A DNA stretch of 64,000 bases, taken from positions 672,001-736,000 of the forward strand of contig CAVPIB010000001.1 of the NCBI GenBank assembly GCA_963704885.1, written 5' to 3'. Under the pieces are notes generated by a model that did not search any database, was not told the DNA's origin, and worked only from the letters and a program-made list of their open reading frames with translations. Within the stretch, counting starts at the first letter, position 1; every line of letters begins with the position of its first letter. Both the position numbers and the translations under genes were made by a program. Below, piece by piece: positions 37,050-46,923 of this stretch. The stretch comes from an uncultured Actinomycetes bacterium (GTDB lineage: Bacteria; Actinomycetota; UBA4738; HRBIN12).

Positions 37050-38949
37050 GTGGGTCGGACGGCGAGCGTGAGCGTTCCCGCGGGCAGGGCTCGGGGCGTC
37101 CGGCGGCCTGCCGCGTTGACGGGGTTCTGGAGTTGGTTCACCACCGTGGACCACAAGAAGATCGGGATCCTGTACGGCGTCACGGCGTTCGTGTTCTTGA
37201 TCATCGGTGGGTCCGAGGCGCTGCTTATCCGCGCACAGCTGGCTCGCCCGGATCAAACCCTGCTGAATGCCGATCAGTACAACCAGCTCTTCACGATGCA
37301 CGGCATAACCATGGTGTTCCTGGTAGTGATGCCGATGTCGGCGGCGTTCTTCAACTACTTCATCCCCCTGATGATCGGGGCGCGCGACGTGGCGTTCCCT
37401 CGGTTGAACGCGTTCAGTTTCTGGGTCTTCTTACTGGCGGGACTGTTCCTCTACTCGAGCTTCTTCTTGGGCGGCGCCCCCAACGGCGGCTGGTTCGGAT
37501 ACGCACCGAACTCCACGACTGACCCCGAGATAGGAATGACTTTCTACGCGATCGGTCTGTTGATCGCCGGCATCGCGTCCACGGCGGGTGCGGTGAACCT
37601 GGGCGTCACGGTGATCAACATGCGCGCTCCGGGGATGTCTTTCTTCCGCGTGCCCGTGTTCGTCTGGATGGGGCTGGTCGTCCAGCTGCTGTTGGTGTTC
37701 TCGCTGCCTATCATCACCGTCGGCCTGTTCGAGCTGTTGTTCGACCGCAGGTGGGGGACGCACTTCTTCGATCCGACCGCGGGCGGCGACCCGATCCTTT
37801 GGCAGCACCTGTTCTGGCTCTTCGGCCACCCGGAGGTCTACATCCTGATCCTGCCCGCGTTCGGGATCATCTCCGAGACGATCCCCGTCTTCAGCCGCAA
37901 GCCGCTGTTCGGCTACCAGTTCGTGGTCTTCTCGGGCATCGCGATCGGGTTCATCGGCTTCGGCGTGTGGGCGCACCACATGTTCGCCGCGGGACTGGGT
38001 CCGGTGGCGAACACGGCGTTCGGCATCTCCACGGCGATCATCGCCATCCCGACCGGGGTGAAGATCTTCAACTGGATGGCCACCATGTATGGAGGTGACC
38101 TGCGATTCAAGACACCCATGCTGTTCTCGGTAGGGCACGGTGACCATGTTCGTGATCGGGGGTCTTATCCGGCGTGACGCACGCGATCGTGCCTGCCGAC
38201 TACCAGCAGACCGACACCTACTACATCGTGGCGCACTTCCACTACGTTCTGTTCGGCGGCGCCATCTTCGGTCTCTTCGCAGGTATGTACTACTGGTGGC
38301 CGAAAGTGTTCGGCCGTCTCCTCTCCGAGGGCATGGGCAAGGTCCACTTCTGGTTGATGATCGTGGGTTTCAACCTGACGTTCGGACCTATGCACGTCCT
38401 CGGCTTACAGGGCATGATCCGCCGCGAATACACGTACCCGGAGTCGCTTGGACTCACGTTCTGGAACGAGATCGCTACTCTCGGGTCGTTCATGATCGCG
38501 CTCGCGATCTTGGTGTTCATCGTTAACGTGGTCCGCACCCAGCGCAAGGCACCCGGGCTAGAGAACGACGACCCGTGGGACGCCCGCACGGTCGAGTGGA
38601 TGACCTCGTCTCCGCCTGCGGTCCACAACTTCGATGAGATCCCCGAGATCCACTCCTTGGACGAGTTCTGGCACCGCAAGTACGCCGAGGACAAGAGCGG
38701 ACGGCTGGTGCCGGTGGTGGCTGGAGCGGCGCCAGAGCAGGAGGCCGGCCACGAGCAGGGGGCCACGAGCAGGGGTCAGGACATGCGATCCACCTGCCCA
38801 GCCCCTCCTACTGGCCATTGGTGGCGTCGTTCGGCTTGCCGCTCATGGGATACGGCGTCATCTACTCCTGGTGGCTGGTAGCTGCGGGTGCAGTGACCCT
38901 GTTGGTCGGCCTCTACGGCTGGGCCCTCGAGCCCTCGGTGGCGGAGTAG
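37050..38949 (+). pseudogene. ctaD: Cytochrome c oxidase subunit I, interrupted by three frameshifts (real or assembly error)
   Basis: DHKKIG, FTMHG, FWLFGHPEVY, WAHHM, then AHFHY in another frame, then IHLPSPSYWP in a third segment. Confidence 0.85.
38747..38774 (+). repeat. 14-bp perfect tandem duplication inside ctaD
   Basis: GGCCACGAGCAGGG twice (38747-38760, 38761-38774). Confidence 0.9.
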
Positions 38950-38952
38950 CCG

Positions 38953-39570
38953 ATGGCCGACGCCGCGGTCGCCAAGGTGCACGACGAGCATCAGACCACC
39001 ACAGGCTTGCCGCACACCAAGCTCGCCATGTGGCTCTTCTTGTCCTCGGAGTGCTTGCTCTTCGGGGCGTTGATCACCACCTATGTGCTCTATCGCGGAG
39101 CGAGCACCGAGGGGCCGTATCCGGCCGAGGTCTTCGACATCGCGTACACGTCGGTTTCGTCGTTCGTCCTGCTCGCCAGCTCACTCACCATGGTGCTGGC
39201 GCTCGCGGCGGCTCAGAAGCGGGACTTCACTCGGATGCGACTGTGGCTGCTCGCGACCGCGATGCTCGGACTGACCTTCGTGGGCGGCCAGGTCTACGAA
39301 TTCACCGTCTTCTACGACGAAGGTCTGTCCATCACCCAGAATCTGTTCGGCACCACGTTCTTCGTGCTCACCGGGTTCCACGGCGTGCACGTGACCGTTG
39401 GGATCCTGATGTTGCTTTCACTGACGGGGTTGTCCTTCGCCGACCGTCTGCCAGCGGATCCGGCGTTCCCCGTGGAGATGGTCGGTCTGTACTGGCACTT
39501 CGTTGACATCGTGTGGATCATCATCTTCACGGTGGTGTACCTGATCCCCACCGGCCCGGTGCCCGAGTAG
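38953..39570 (+). CDS. ctaE: Cytochrome c oxidase subunit III
   Basis: MWLFLSSE, LTGFHGVHV and GLYWHFVDIVW. Confidence 0.93.
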   Translation: MADAAVAKVHDEHQTTTGLPHTKLAMWLFLSSECLLFGALITTYVLYRGASTEGPYPAEVFDIAYTSVSSFVLLASSLTMVLALAAAQKRDFTRMRLWLLATAMLGLTFVGGQVYEFTVFYDEGLSITQNLFGTTFFVLTGFHGVHVTVGILMLLSLTGLSFADRLPADPAFPVEMVGLYWHFVDIVWIIIFTVVYLIPTGPVPE

Positions 39571-39576
39571 GAAGAC

Positions 39577-39930
39577 ATGGCGGATATGCAGACGGATCGC
39601 ACCACGACCGAGATCGAGGAGATGCACGAGGAAGGGACACACGCGCACGGCCGACACCCGAGCGCGAAGGAATACGTGCGGATCTTCCTCATCCTCTGCG
39701 CGGTGACAGCTGTGGAGGTCGCGCTCTACTACGTGCGAGACGAGCTGGGCTCCGTGTTCATCCCGATGCTGTTCGGTTTCGCCTTCCTGAAGTTCGCGCT
39801 CGTCGTGCTCTGGTTCATGCATCTGAAGTTCGACGACCGGAGGTACGCGCGCTTCTTCGTGATGGGACTGGCCGGCGCCGCCACGCTCTACCTCATCGTC
39901 CTCATCACCTTCGGGGTCTTCGCGACGTGA
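39577..39930 (+). CDS. ctaF: Cytochrome c oxidase subunit IV
   Basis: HPSAKEYV, TAVEV and WFMHLKFD. Confidence 0.85.
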   Translation: MADMQTDRTTTEIEEMHEEGTHAHGRHPSAKEYVRIFLILCAVTAVEVALYYVRDELGSVFIPMLFGFAFLKFALVVLWFMHLKFDDRRYARFFVMGLAGAATLYLIVLITFGVFAT

Positions 39931-39934
39931 GGCT

Positions 39935-40765
39935 ATGACGCTTCCCGACTGGCACCCGCATCTGGACGTCTGGCTCCTGCTCGCCTCGATCGTCCTCGCC
40001 TACGTGATCGCCGGGCGGCGACACGCGATCGACACGGGCGAGCAGGTCGACGTTCGCCGACGGACGTTCTTCCTGACCGGGATGGCCGTTCTCTGGCTGG
40101 GCGCGGACTGGCCGATCCACGACCTGGGGGAGAGCTACCTGTACCACTTGCATATGGTCCAGCATCTGCTGTTCACGCTGGTGGCGCCTCCTCTCCTGAT
40201 CGCGGGCATGCCGCCCTGGTTGCTCCGCAAGCTCCTTCGCGCGCGCTTCGTCTCGTCGGTCTTCCGTGTGCTTTCCAAGCCCCTGGTCGCTCTGATCCTG
40301 TTCAATGGTGCCCTTCTCTTCGTGCACTGGCCGGCGGTCGTGCTCGCCTCCGTCACCTCAGAGTGGACCCACTTCGGCTTGCACGTCCTGTTGACCTCGA
40401 CCGCGCTGCTGATGTGGTGGCCGGTGATGTCGCCGCTCCCCGAGTATCCGGCGCTACCGGCGCCGGGCCAGATGCTGTATCTGTTCCTGCAGTCCCTGGC
40501 GCCCACGATCCCGGCTTCGTTCCTGACGTTCGGTGACCACGCCTTGTATCCCGTGTATGCGACGTTCCCGCGGATCTGGGGGGTAGGCGTTCTGACCGAC
40601 CAGCTGATGGCGGGGCTCATCATGAAGTTGATCGGCGGTGCGATCTTCTGGGTGTTCATCGCCGTGATCTTCTTCCGCTGGTACAGGTTGGAGGAACGTG
40701 AGGGGTGGGACGCTTCCCGCTACCGCGACGTCGAGCGAGAGATCCAGGTAGAGATGAGCCGATGA
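39935..40765 (+). CDS. ctaG: caa3 oxidase assembly factor CtaG
   Basis: WPIHD, HMVQHLL, MWWPV and DQLMAGLIMK. Confidence 0.85.
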   Translation: MTLPDWHPHLDVWLLLASIVLAYVIAGRRHAIDTGEQVDVRRRTFFLTGMAVLWLGADWPIHDLGESYLYHLHMVQHLLFTLVAPPLLIAGMPPWLLRKLLRARFVSSVFRVLSKPLVALILFNGALLFVHWPAVVLASVTSEWTHFGLHVLLTSTALLMWWPVMSPLPEYPALPAPGQMLYLFLQSLAPTIPASFLTFGDHALYPVYATFPRIWGVGVLTDQLMAGLIMKLIGGAIFWVFIAVIFFRWYRLEEREGWDASRYRDVEREIQVEMSR

Positions 40766-41778
40766 CGGATCAGGTCACGGAAAGCCCCCCCCCGGCGCCC
40801 GAGCGACACGGACAGGCCCGTCAGAGCCTGGTGCTACCGGTCGTGCTGCCGATCGCGATCATGCTGATCATCGGGTTGGTGCTGCTCGGCTTCTCCCGGG
40901 TGCTGCTGTCGGTGTCGGCCGGCGCCGCCACGGCAGTGGCGCTGGTCGTGGCGGTCTCGATCATGGTGGTCGCGATCATCGCCGCGTCGCGTTCGCGGCT
41001 GTCGAACGGCTCGCTGTTCTCCATGGTCGGCGCGGTGGCGGGCATCGCGATGCTGACCGGAGGCGTGGCGATCGTGGCGATCGGGACAGGGGAAGAGGGC
41101 CCAGGCTCCGAGTCCCAGCAGGTCTCGATCGCGGCACCGGAGGGGGCGGCGGCGAGCGGGTTCGCGCCGACCACGCTGCAGGTGGAGGCCGATCGGCCGA
41201 CCGCCCTTGAATTCGACAATCAGGATCCCGGCGTGCAGCACAACGTGGAGATCTTCGAAGAGGATCCGGCGGAGGACCCGCAGTCGACGCCGTTGTTCAG
41301 CGGAACCATCATCGCGGGGCCGTTGTCGACCACCTACGAGGTGCCGCCGCTCGCTGCCGGGGCGTACTTCTTCCGTTGCCAGATCCACCCGTCGACCATG
41401 AGGGGCACTCTCGACTCGGGAGAGGCCGGGGGAGGCATCTCGGTCGTCGCGGAGGCGTTGCAGTTCGATACGACGGAACTGGACCTGCCCGCAGCGCAGC
41501 CCGTGACGATCTCGTTCGAGAACAAGGACGCCGCCATCCCGCACAACATCGCGATCTACACCGACGACACGGCATCGACCCCTCTGTTCCAGGGTGAGCT
41601 GTTCCCCGGCATCGCCACACAGACCTACAACATCGAACCTCTCGAGGTGGGGGAGTACTACTTCCAGTGCGACGTGCACCCCACCATGAACGGGACCGTG
41701 GTGGTCTCGGCGGGTGACGCAGGGGGCGGACAGGGTGAGGGGTCGTCCGGCGGCTCGAGCGAGTCGCCCTCGGGCTGA
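40762..41778 (+). CDS. Membrane protein with two tandem cupredoxin domains
   Basis: Three TM helices, then HN...CQIHPSTM and HN...CDVHPTM type-1 copper motifs. Confidence 0.85.
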   Translation: MTDQVTESPPPAPERHGQARQSLVLPVVLPIAIMLIIGLVLLGFSRVLLSVSAGAATAVALVVAVSIMVVAIIAASRSRLSNGSLFSMVGAVAGIAMLTGGVAIVAIGTGEEGPGSESQQVSIAAPEGAAASGFAPTTLQVEADRPTALEFDNQDPGVQHNVEIFEEDPAEDPQSTPLFSGTIIAGPLSTTYEVPPLAAGAYFFRCQIHPSTMRGTLDSGEAGGGISVVAEALQFDTTELDLPAAQPVTISFENKDAAIPHNIAIYTDDTASTPLFQGELFPGIATQTYNIEPLEVGEYYFQCDVHPTMNGTVVVSAGDAGGGQGEGSSGGSSESPSG

Positions 41779-41802
41779 GTCGTTCGCGACGCCCCTGTTA
41801 GC

Positions 41803-42339
41803 GTGAGGTCGATGCTTCGCCGACCCGCGGTCGCTCCGATCTTGGCCTTGCTGGTGATGGCGCTCGCCTGTACGGATGGGGGTGACGCCTCAGGCGATCC
41901 GCTCGGCGCGAAACGTATAAGCTCCCCGGCTCCGCCACTCGCCGGAGACGATCTGGACGGTGGGTCCATCGCGCTGGTGGACCTTAAGGGCGATGTCGTC
42001 GTGGTGAACTTCTGGGCCACCTGGTGCACTCCCTGCCGCGACGAGCAACCCGCGCTGGAGCGGGTCCATCGGGAGTACGAGGATCGAGGCGTCGAGTTTC
42101 TGGGCGTCGACGAGCGCGACGATCTGGCCGCGGCCCGCGCCTGGGTGGATGAGTTCGATGTGACCTACCCGAGCATCCAGGATCCCTCCGGGGCGTGGGC
42201 GGACGACTTCGGGCTCTTCGGCTACCCGGACACATTCGTGATCGATGCCACGGGGACGATCCGGTGGGCCGTCTACGGGCAGGTGGGCGAGGAGCAGCTA
42301 CGACAGCTGATCGATCTGACCCTGGCGGCGCGGGACTGA
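41803..42339 (+). CDS. resA: TlpA/ResA thiol-disulfide oxidoreductase lipoprotein
   Basis: VVVNFWATWCTPCRDE and GYPDTFVID. Confidence 0.85.
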   Translation: MRSMLRRPAVAPILALLVMALACTDGGDASGDPLGAKRISSPAPPLAGDDLDGGSIALVDLKGDVVVVNFWATWCTPCRDEQPALERVHREYEDRGVEFLGVDERDDLAAARAWVDEFDVTYPSIQDPSGAWADDFGLFGYPDTFVIDATGTIRWAVYGQVGEEQLRQLIDLTLAARD

Positions 42340-42349
42340 CCCGCCTAGA

Positions 42350-44167
42350 TCAGCCGGCCACGACCAGGGCGTCCACCGCCACGGCCCCGAAGAGCGCCGC
42401 CAGATAGACGATCGAGTACGTGAACACTCCCCATGCGCGAGCGGCTCCTGCGTCGCGCCACAGGCGGAGCGTTCTGTAGACGAAGACACCGCCCAGTACG
42501 ACGGCCGTTCCCAGATAGATGGGGCCCATGCGTCCAACCGGATACAGGAGAAGCGTCGTGCCGAAGAGCAGGAGCGAGTACAAGAAGATCTGGCGGCGCG
42601 TCTCGTCCTCGCCTCGCACCACGGGCAGCATGGGCACCCCCGCGGCGGCGTAGTCCCCGGCGTATCGCATCGAAAGGGCCCAGAAATGCGGCGGCGTCCA
42701 CACGAAGATGATCGCGAACAGGACCCACGCGGGCGCGGCAAGCGATCCGGTGACGGCAGCCCACCCAACCAGGGCCGGCACCGCGCCCGCCGCTCCACCG
42801 ATCACGATGTTCTGAGCCGTCGTTCGCTTCAGCCACATCGTGTACACGAACACGTAGAAGGCGATCGCGGACAGCGCCAGGGTTGCCGCCAGCACGTTCA
42901 CCGTGATCGACAGGAAGAAGTACGAGATACCGCCGAGCACGAAACCGAATCGGAGCGCGTCCGGCGGCGCGATCGTGTGAGCCGGGAGAGGACGCCGGCG
43001 GGTGCGGCGCATCAGCTGGTCGATGTCGCGGTCGAGATACATGTTGATGGCGTTCGCCGATCCAGCCGCCACCGTGCCCCCGAGCAGGGTGGCGAGGATC
43101 AGCCAGATCGAGGGCATGCCCTGAGAGGCGAGGATCATCGCCGGCACGGTGGTGATGAGCAGCAGCACGATGATCCGTGGTTTCGTGAGCTGGACGTACG
43201 CGGTGACCGTGTCGCGCAACGACCCTCCCGGTGGCGACGGCTGCTCGCCCGTCGCCTGCGCCGGTTCGCTCGCGCTCATCGCGAGCCTGCGCGACACGCC
43301 CGCCAGAGCCACGAGCGCCGACCAGATGAGGACCGAGAGCGCAACGTGGAGCACCACCGTCCAAGGCCGCAGGCGGAAGAAGACATTCAGCGCCCCCGAC
43401 GCGATCTGAGCTGCGAACAGACCCAGCGCCAGCGAGGAGAGCCACACGAGTTCCCCAGATCGCTCGATCATCGTTCGCGCCCTGATCGCCACCCAGAGCA
43501 CCATCACGGCTACCGCCGCCGCAAGGATCCGATGCACGAACATCGCGGTCGCCGCTCCCCCCAGCGCCGGCACGAGCCGTCCGTCCATCAGCGGCCAGTC
43601 CGTGAACGCGAGACCGGCGGCGGTCGCGCGGACGTACGTACCCACCAGAAGCAAGGCGCCCGTCGCGCCTGTTACGACCAACGCCAGTCGCGCGAACGCT
43701 TGGCCCTCGCGCGTCGCGCGGCCGGCTCCCCGCGGCCGTTCGACCAGGAACGCGTTCACTGCCACGACGATCACGTCTGCCACGAACGCCAAGGCTACGG
43801 CGAAGTGAGCCGTGACCCACCAGGGGTTCAGCTCGGTGTTCACCACGACGCCGCCGAGGACAGCTTGTCCCAAGACGAGCGGGATCGCGGCGAGCGCAGG
43901 CCACACGATCGACGGGACGGTCCGGTATCGCCTCCAAGCGACGGCCGCGGTCGCCACCACGAGCACGGTCACGACGAACACCAGGAAGCGGTGCGAGAAC
44001 TCGATGAAGGAGTGGATGCTGCCCGATGGGAACAGCCTGCCCGGCTCGCAGTTAGGCCAGGTGGAGCACCCGAGTCCGGAGCCGGTTCCGCGAACCAGCC
44101 CGCCCACGGTGAACAGCGCGATCGTGGCGGCAGCAGTGGCGACGGCGAGCTTCTGGAAGCGGGTCAT
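42350..44167 (-). CDS. Fused heme A synthase (CtaA) and heme O synthase (CtaB)
   Basis: N-terminal GLVRGTGSGLGCSTWPNC and IEFSHR; C-terminal LTKPRII, DRDIDQLMRRTRRRPLP and WTPPHFWAL. Confidence 0.9.
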   Translation of the reverse strand: MTRFQKLAVATAAATIALFTVGGLVRGTGSGLGCSTWPNCEPGRLFPSGSIHSFIEFSHRFLVFVVTVLVVATAAVAWRRYRTVPSIVWPALAAIPLVLGQAVLGGVVVNTELNPWWVTAHFAVALAFVADVIVVAVNAFLVERPRGAGRATREGQAFARLALVVTGATGALLLVGTYVRATAAGLAFTDWPLMDGRLVPALGGAATAMFVHRILAAAVAVMVLWVAIRARTMIERSGELVWLSSLALGLFAAQIASGALNVFFRLRPWTVVLHVALSVLIWSALVALAGVSRRLAMSASEPAQATGEQPSPPGGSLRDTVTAYVQLTKPRIIVLLLITTVPAMILASQGMPSIWLILATLLGGTVAAGSANAINMYLDRDIDQLMRRTRRRPLPAHTIAPPDALRFGFVLGGISYFFLSITVNVLAATLALSAIAFYVFVYTMWLKRTTAQNIVIGGAAGAVPALVGWAAVTGSLAAPAWVLFAIIFVWTPPHFWALSMRYAGDYAAAGVPMLPVVRGEDETRRQIFLYSLLLFGTTLLLYPVGRMGPIYLGTAVVLGGVFVYRTLRLWRDAGAARAWGVFTYSIVYLAALFGAVAVDALVVAG

Positions 44168-44239
44168 CTCAGATGGCGGGTTGCGCCCGGCCCATGATAT
44201 AGACCGGGCGGCCGAGCCGGGCTTGCGATACTGGTGCCG

Positions 44240-45109
44240 ATGGCTGCCCATCCGATCGCCGCTTTGTCGCCCACGCTGCTCGAGCAGCGTGATCGGCTCG
44301 AAGGTGTTCTGCGCGCGTTCCTGATCGAGGTCCGTGCCGAGGCAGCCATGATCGCGGCGGACGCCGCGCTCCCGATCGACGAGGTGATCCGGCTGGTCGA
44401 GGCGGGCGGCAAACGACTTCGCCCGGCCTTCTGCTACTGGGGGTTCCGGGCCGCCGGGGGTCGGGGGGAGGAGCAGATCGCTCTGGCGGCTGCCGCGATG
44501 GAGCTGCTCCACACCATGGCCCTCATCCACGATGACCTCATGGACGCCACGCCCGAGCGACGGGGTGTGCCGTCCAGCGCCCAACATCTATCGGACGAGG
44601 CGCGCAGGCGTGGCACGCCCGATCCCGAAGGCACGGGTCGCTCACTGGCGATCCTCGCCGGGGACCTCGCCGCCGTTCTGGCCGATCGAGCGTTGTTGAC
44701 CGCGGGGTTCGACCCCGGCGTCCTGCTCCCGGCGCTCGATCGCTACCACCGGATGCGCGAGGACATGGCCCTCGGTCAGTGCCTGGACGTGCTGGGCACG
44801 GAAGGGCCCGGGTTGCCGGTCGTGGCCGCGCTCAAGGGCGGGTCCTACACCGTGGAGGGGCCGCTCGCGATCGGCGCCATGCTGGCCGGCGCCGGCCAAC
44901 CGACGCTGGATACCTTGGCGGCCTACGGACGACCCCTTGGTCTCGCGTTCCAGGTCCGGGACGATGAGCGGGACGGCGACGCCGCTCCCGTCCCGGGACG
45001 CGTGGCCTCATTGGTGGCCGACGCCAAGGCCGCGCTCGACCCTTCGGACCTGGATCCGGCAGCCTCAGACGTGCTGAAAGTGCTCGCCGACCTTGTGCGG
45101 GCCTCATGA
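44240..45109 (+). CDS. Polyprenyl diphosphate synthase family protein, short C-terminus
   Basis: GGKRLRP, LIHDDLMD..RRG, GQCLD and FQVRDD. Confidence 0.85.
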   Translation: MAAHPIAALSPTLLEQRDRLEGVLRAFLIEVRAEAAMIAADAALPIDEVIRLVEAGGKRLRPAFCYWGFRAAGGRGEEQIALAAAAMELLHTMALIHDDLMDATPERRGVPSSAQHLSDEARRRGTPDPEGTGRSLAILAGDLAAVLADRALLTAGFDPGVLLPALDRYHRMREDMALGQCLDVLGTEGPGLPVVAALKGGSYTVEGPLAIGAMLAGAGQPTLDTLAAYGRPLGLAFQVRDDERDGDAAPVPGRVASLVADAKAALDPSDLDPAASDVLKVLADLVRAS

Positions 45110-45537
45110 GCGCCGACCTCGAGATCTTTCGACGCGCGTTCCGCGACGTCTCGGATTGCAGGCTGGCCACGATCGATCCGGCCGGAGCCCCGCATGTCGC
45201 CCCTCGCTGGTTCGTTTGGCTGGAGGACGGCTTGTTCGTCGCGACCAGACGCCTGGATACCAGCTGGTCCAACGTCGAGCGCGACCCGAGGGTATCCGTG
45301 GTGGTCGACCAGGGCCGGGACTGGAACGATCTGGCGGGAGTCCGAGTCGACGGTGCCGCCGAGGCGATCCCTGCCGAGCATCCGGAGATCAGGGGCGTCA
45401 TGTCCGCCTGGCATGAGAAGTACCGATCGCTGGTGTCGGGGGACGGGTTCGAGCGCTTCACCCAACAGGTGGTAGGCCTCGGATTCCTCCGCGTAGAGGC
45501 CAGCGCCGTACATGCGTGGGATCACAGGCCCCGCTGA
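45106..45537 (+). CDS. Pyridoxamine 5'-phosphate oxidase-like (flavin/F420 split-barrel) protein
   Basis: RLATIDPAGAPHVAP, NVERDPRVSVVVD and C-terminal WDH. Confidence 0.8.
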   Translation: MSADLEIFRRAFRDVSDCRLATIDPAGAPHVAPRWFVWLEDGLFVATRRLDTSWSNVERDPRVSVVVDQGRDWNDLAGVRVDGAAEAIPAEHPEIRGVMSAWHEKYRSLVSGDGFERFTQQVVGLGFLRVEASAVHAWDHRPR

Positions 45538-45582
45538 TGGCCCGGGGGATTGTTCGCCCGACGGGGCCGGGCGTAGGCTGCT

Positions 45583-45600
45583 TTGTGAAGCCGTTCACAT
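45583..45600. promoter_or_regulatory. Rex operator 1 upstream of menJ-nuo
   Basis: TTGTGAAGCCGTTCACAT, one mismatch to consensus. Confidence 0.85.
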
Positions 45601-45616
45601 GCGGGGTAGCCTGACT

Positions 45617-45634
45617 TTGTGAATCTGTTCACAA
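45617..45634. promoter_or_regulatory. Rex operator 2 upstream of menJ-nuo
   Basis: TTGTGAATCTGTTCACAA, perfect consensus. Confidence 0.9.
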
Positions 45635-45653
45635 GCGCGATAAGGGGGAGCGC

Positions 45654-46898
45654 GTGAACCAGATCGAGACGGATGTCCTCGTCGTTGGCGCGGGCCCGGG
45701 TGGGTCTGCCACGGCGTATCACCTCGCTCGTCACGGCATAGACGTCACGCTCGTCGAGCGGTCCGCGTTCCCACGGGAGAAGGTGTGCGGCGACGGGCTG
45801 ACGCCCCGCGGCGTGGCGGCCGTGCTGAAGATGGGGGTCGACCCCGACGACCCGCGGTTCGAGCGCGCGAAGGGTCTGCGCGTCTACTCGCGGGACGCCA
45901 TGATCGAGCTCCCGTGGCCCGAGCTCTCGAGCTGGCCCGACTACGGGCTCGTCATGACGCGCCACGACTTCGATCACATCCTTGCCGAGCGGGCTCAGAA
46001 GGCGGGCGCGCGCTTGATGGAGCGAACCGAGGCGGTGCAGCCTGCGCTGATCGATGGATGGGTGCGTGGCGCCACCATCCGCTCGGTCGAAGACGCAGAT
46101 GCGGAGCCGATCGAAGTCCGCTCGCGCTTCGTGATCGCCTGCGATGGCGCCGCCTCGAGGTTCGCGAAGCCGGCTGGGGTCGTGCGTGACCCGGGCCGGC
46201 CGCTCGGGATCGCCGCCCGGCGTTACTACCGCACCGACTACCACCCGGGGCCATGGCTCGAGTCTTGGCTGGATCTGTGGGAAGGGGACCTGCTGCTCCC
46301 TGGCTACGGATGGTTGTTCCCGGTCGCGGGCGGCACGATAAATCTAGGAGCGGGCCTCCTCAATACGTTCAAGAACTTCAAGGATGTCTCCGCGCAACGC
46401 CTCTTCAACGCTTTCGCCACCATGCTCCCAGCGTCCTTCGGGATCTCGGAAGACTCGGCCGAGGGCCGGATGCTCTCGGGGCCGCTCCCGATGAGCTTGA
46501 ACCGGTCGCCGCAGGCCGTCCCGGGGATGCTGCTGGTGGGCGACGCTGCGGGGGCCGTGAACCCCTTCAACGGAGAAGGTATCGCCTACGCCATGGAGAC
46601 GGGTGAGATCGCCGCGGATCTGGTTCACGAGGCGCTCGTCAAGGATCGACCGGGGATCGCGATGATGTACCCGGCGGTCCTGCGGGAACGCTACGCGCGC
46701 TACTTCAGGATCGGCCGAGGCTTCGCTCGAGCCGTGGGCAAGCCCTCGATCATGGGCCTCGCGACCCGCTTCATGTTGCCTCGACCCGTGGTCATGAACT
46801 TCGCGCTCCGCGTGATGGGCAACTTGAGCGACGGGCGGGACGGGGACATGCAGGACAGGCTCTTCCATCTGCTGGAACGGCTCGCGAAGGCGTCTTGA
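45654..46898 (+). CDS. menJ: Geranylgeranyl reductase family / menaquinone reductase
   Basis: VVGAGPGGS, FPREKVCGDGLTPR, GYGWLFP and GDAAGAVNPFNGEGIAYA; directly upstream of nuoA. Confidence 0.8.
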   Translation: MNQIETDVLVVGAGPGGSATAYHLARHGIDVTLVERSAFPREKVCGDGLTPRGVAAVLKMGVDPDDPRFERAKGLRVYSRDAMIELPWPELSSWPDYGLVMTRHDFDHILAERAQKAGARLMERTEAVQPALIDGWVRGATIRSVEDADAEPIEVRSRFVIACDGAASRFAKPAGVVRDPGRPLGIAARRYYRTDYHPGPWLESWLDLWEGDLLLPGYGWLFPVAGGTINLGAGLLNTFKNFKDVSAQRLFNAFATMLPASFGISEDSAEGRMLSGPLPMSLNRSPQAVPGMLLVGDAAGAVNPFNGEGIAYAMETGEIAADLVHEALVKDRPGIAMMYPAVLRERYARYFRIGRGFARAVGKPSIMGLATRFMLPRPVVMNFALRVMGNLSDGRDGDMQDRLFHLLERLAKAS

Positions 46899-46923
46899 AG
46901 ACCATGGAAGTAGGATGCCGCCC

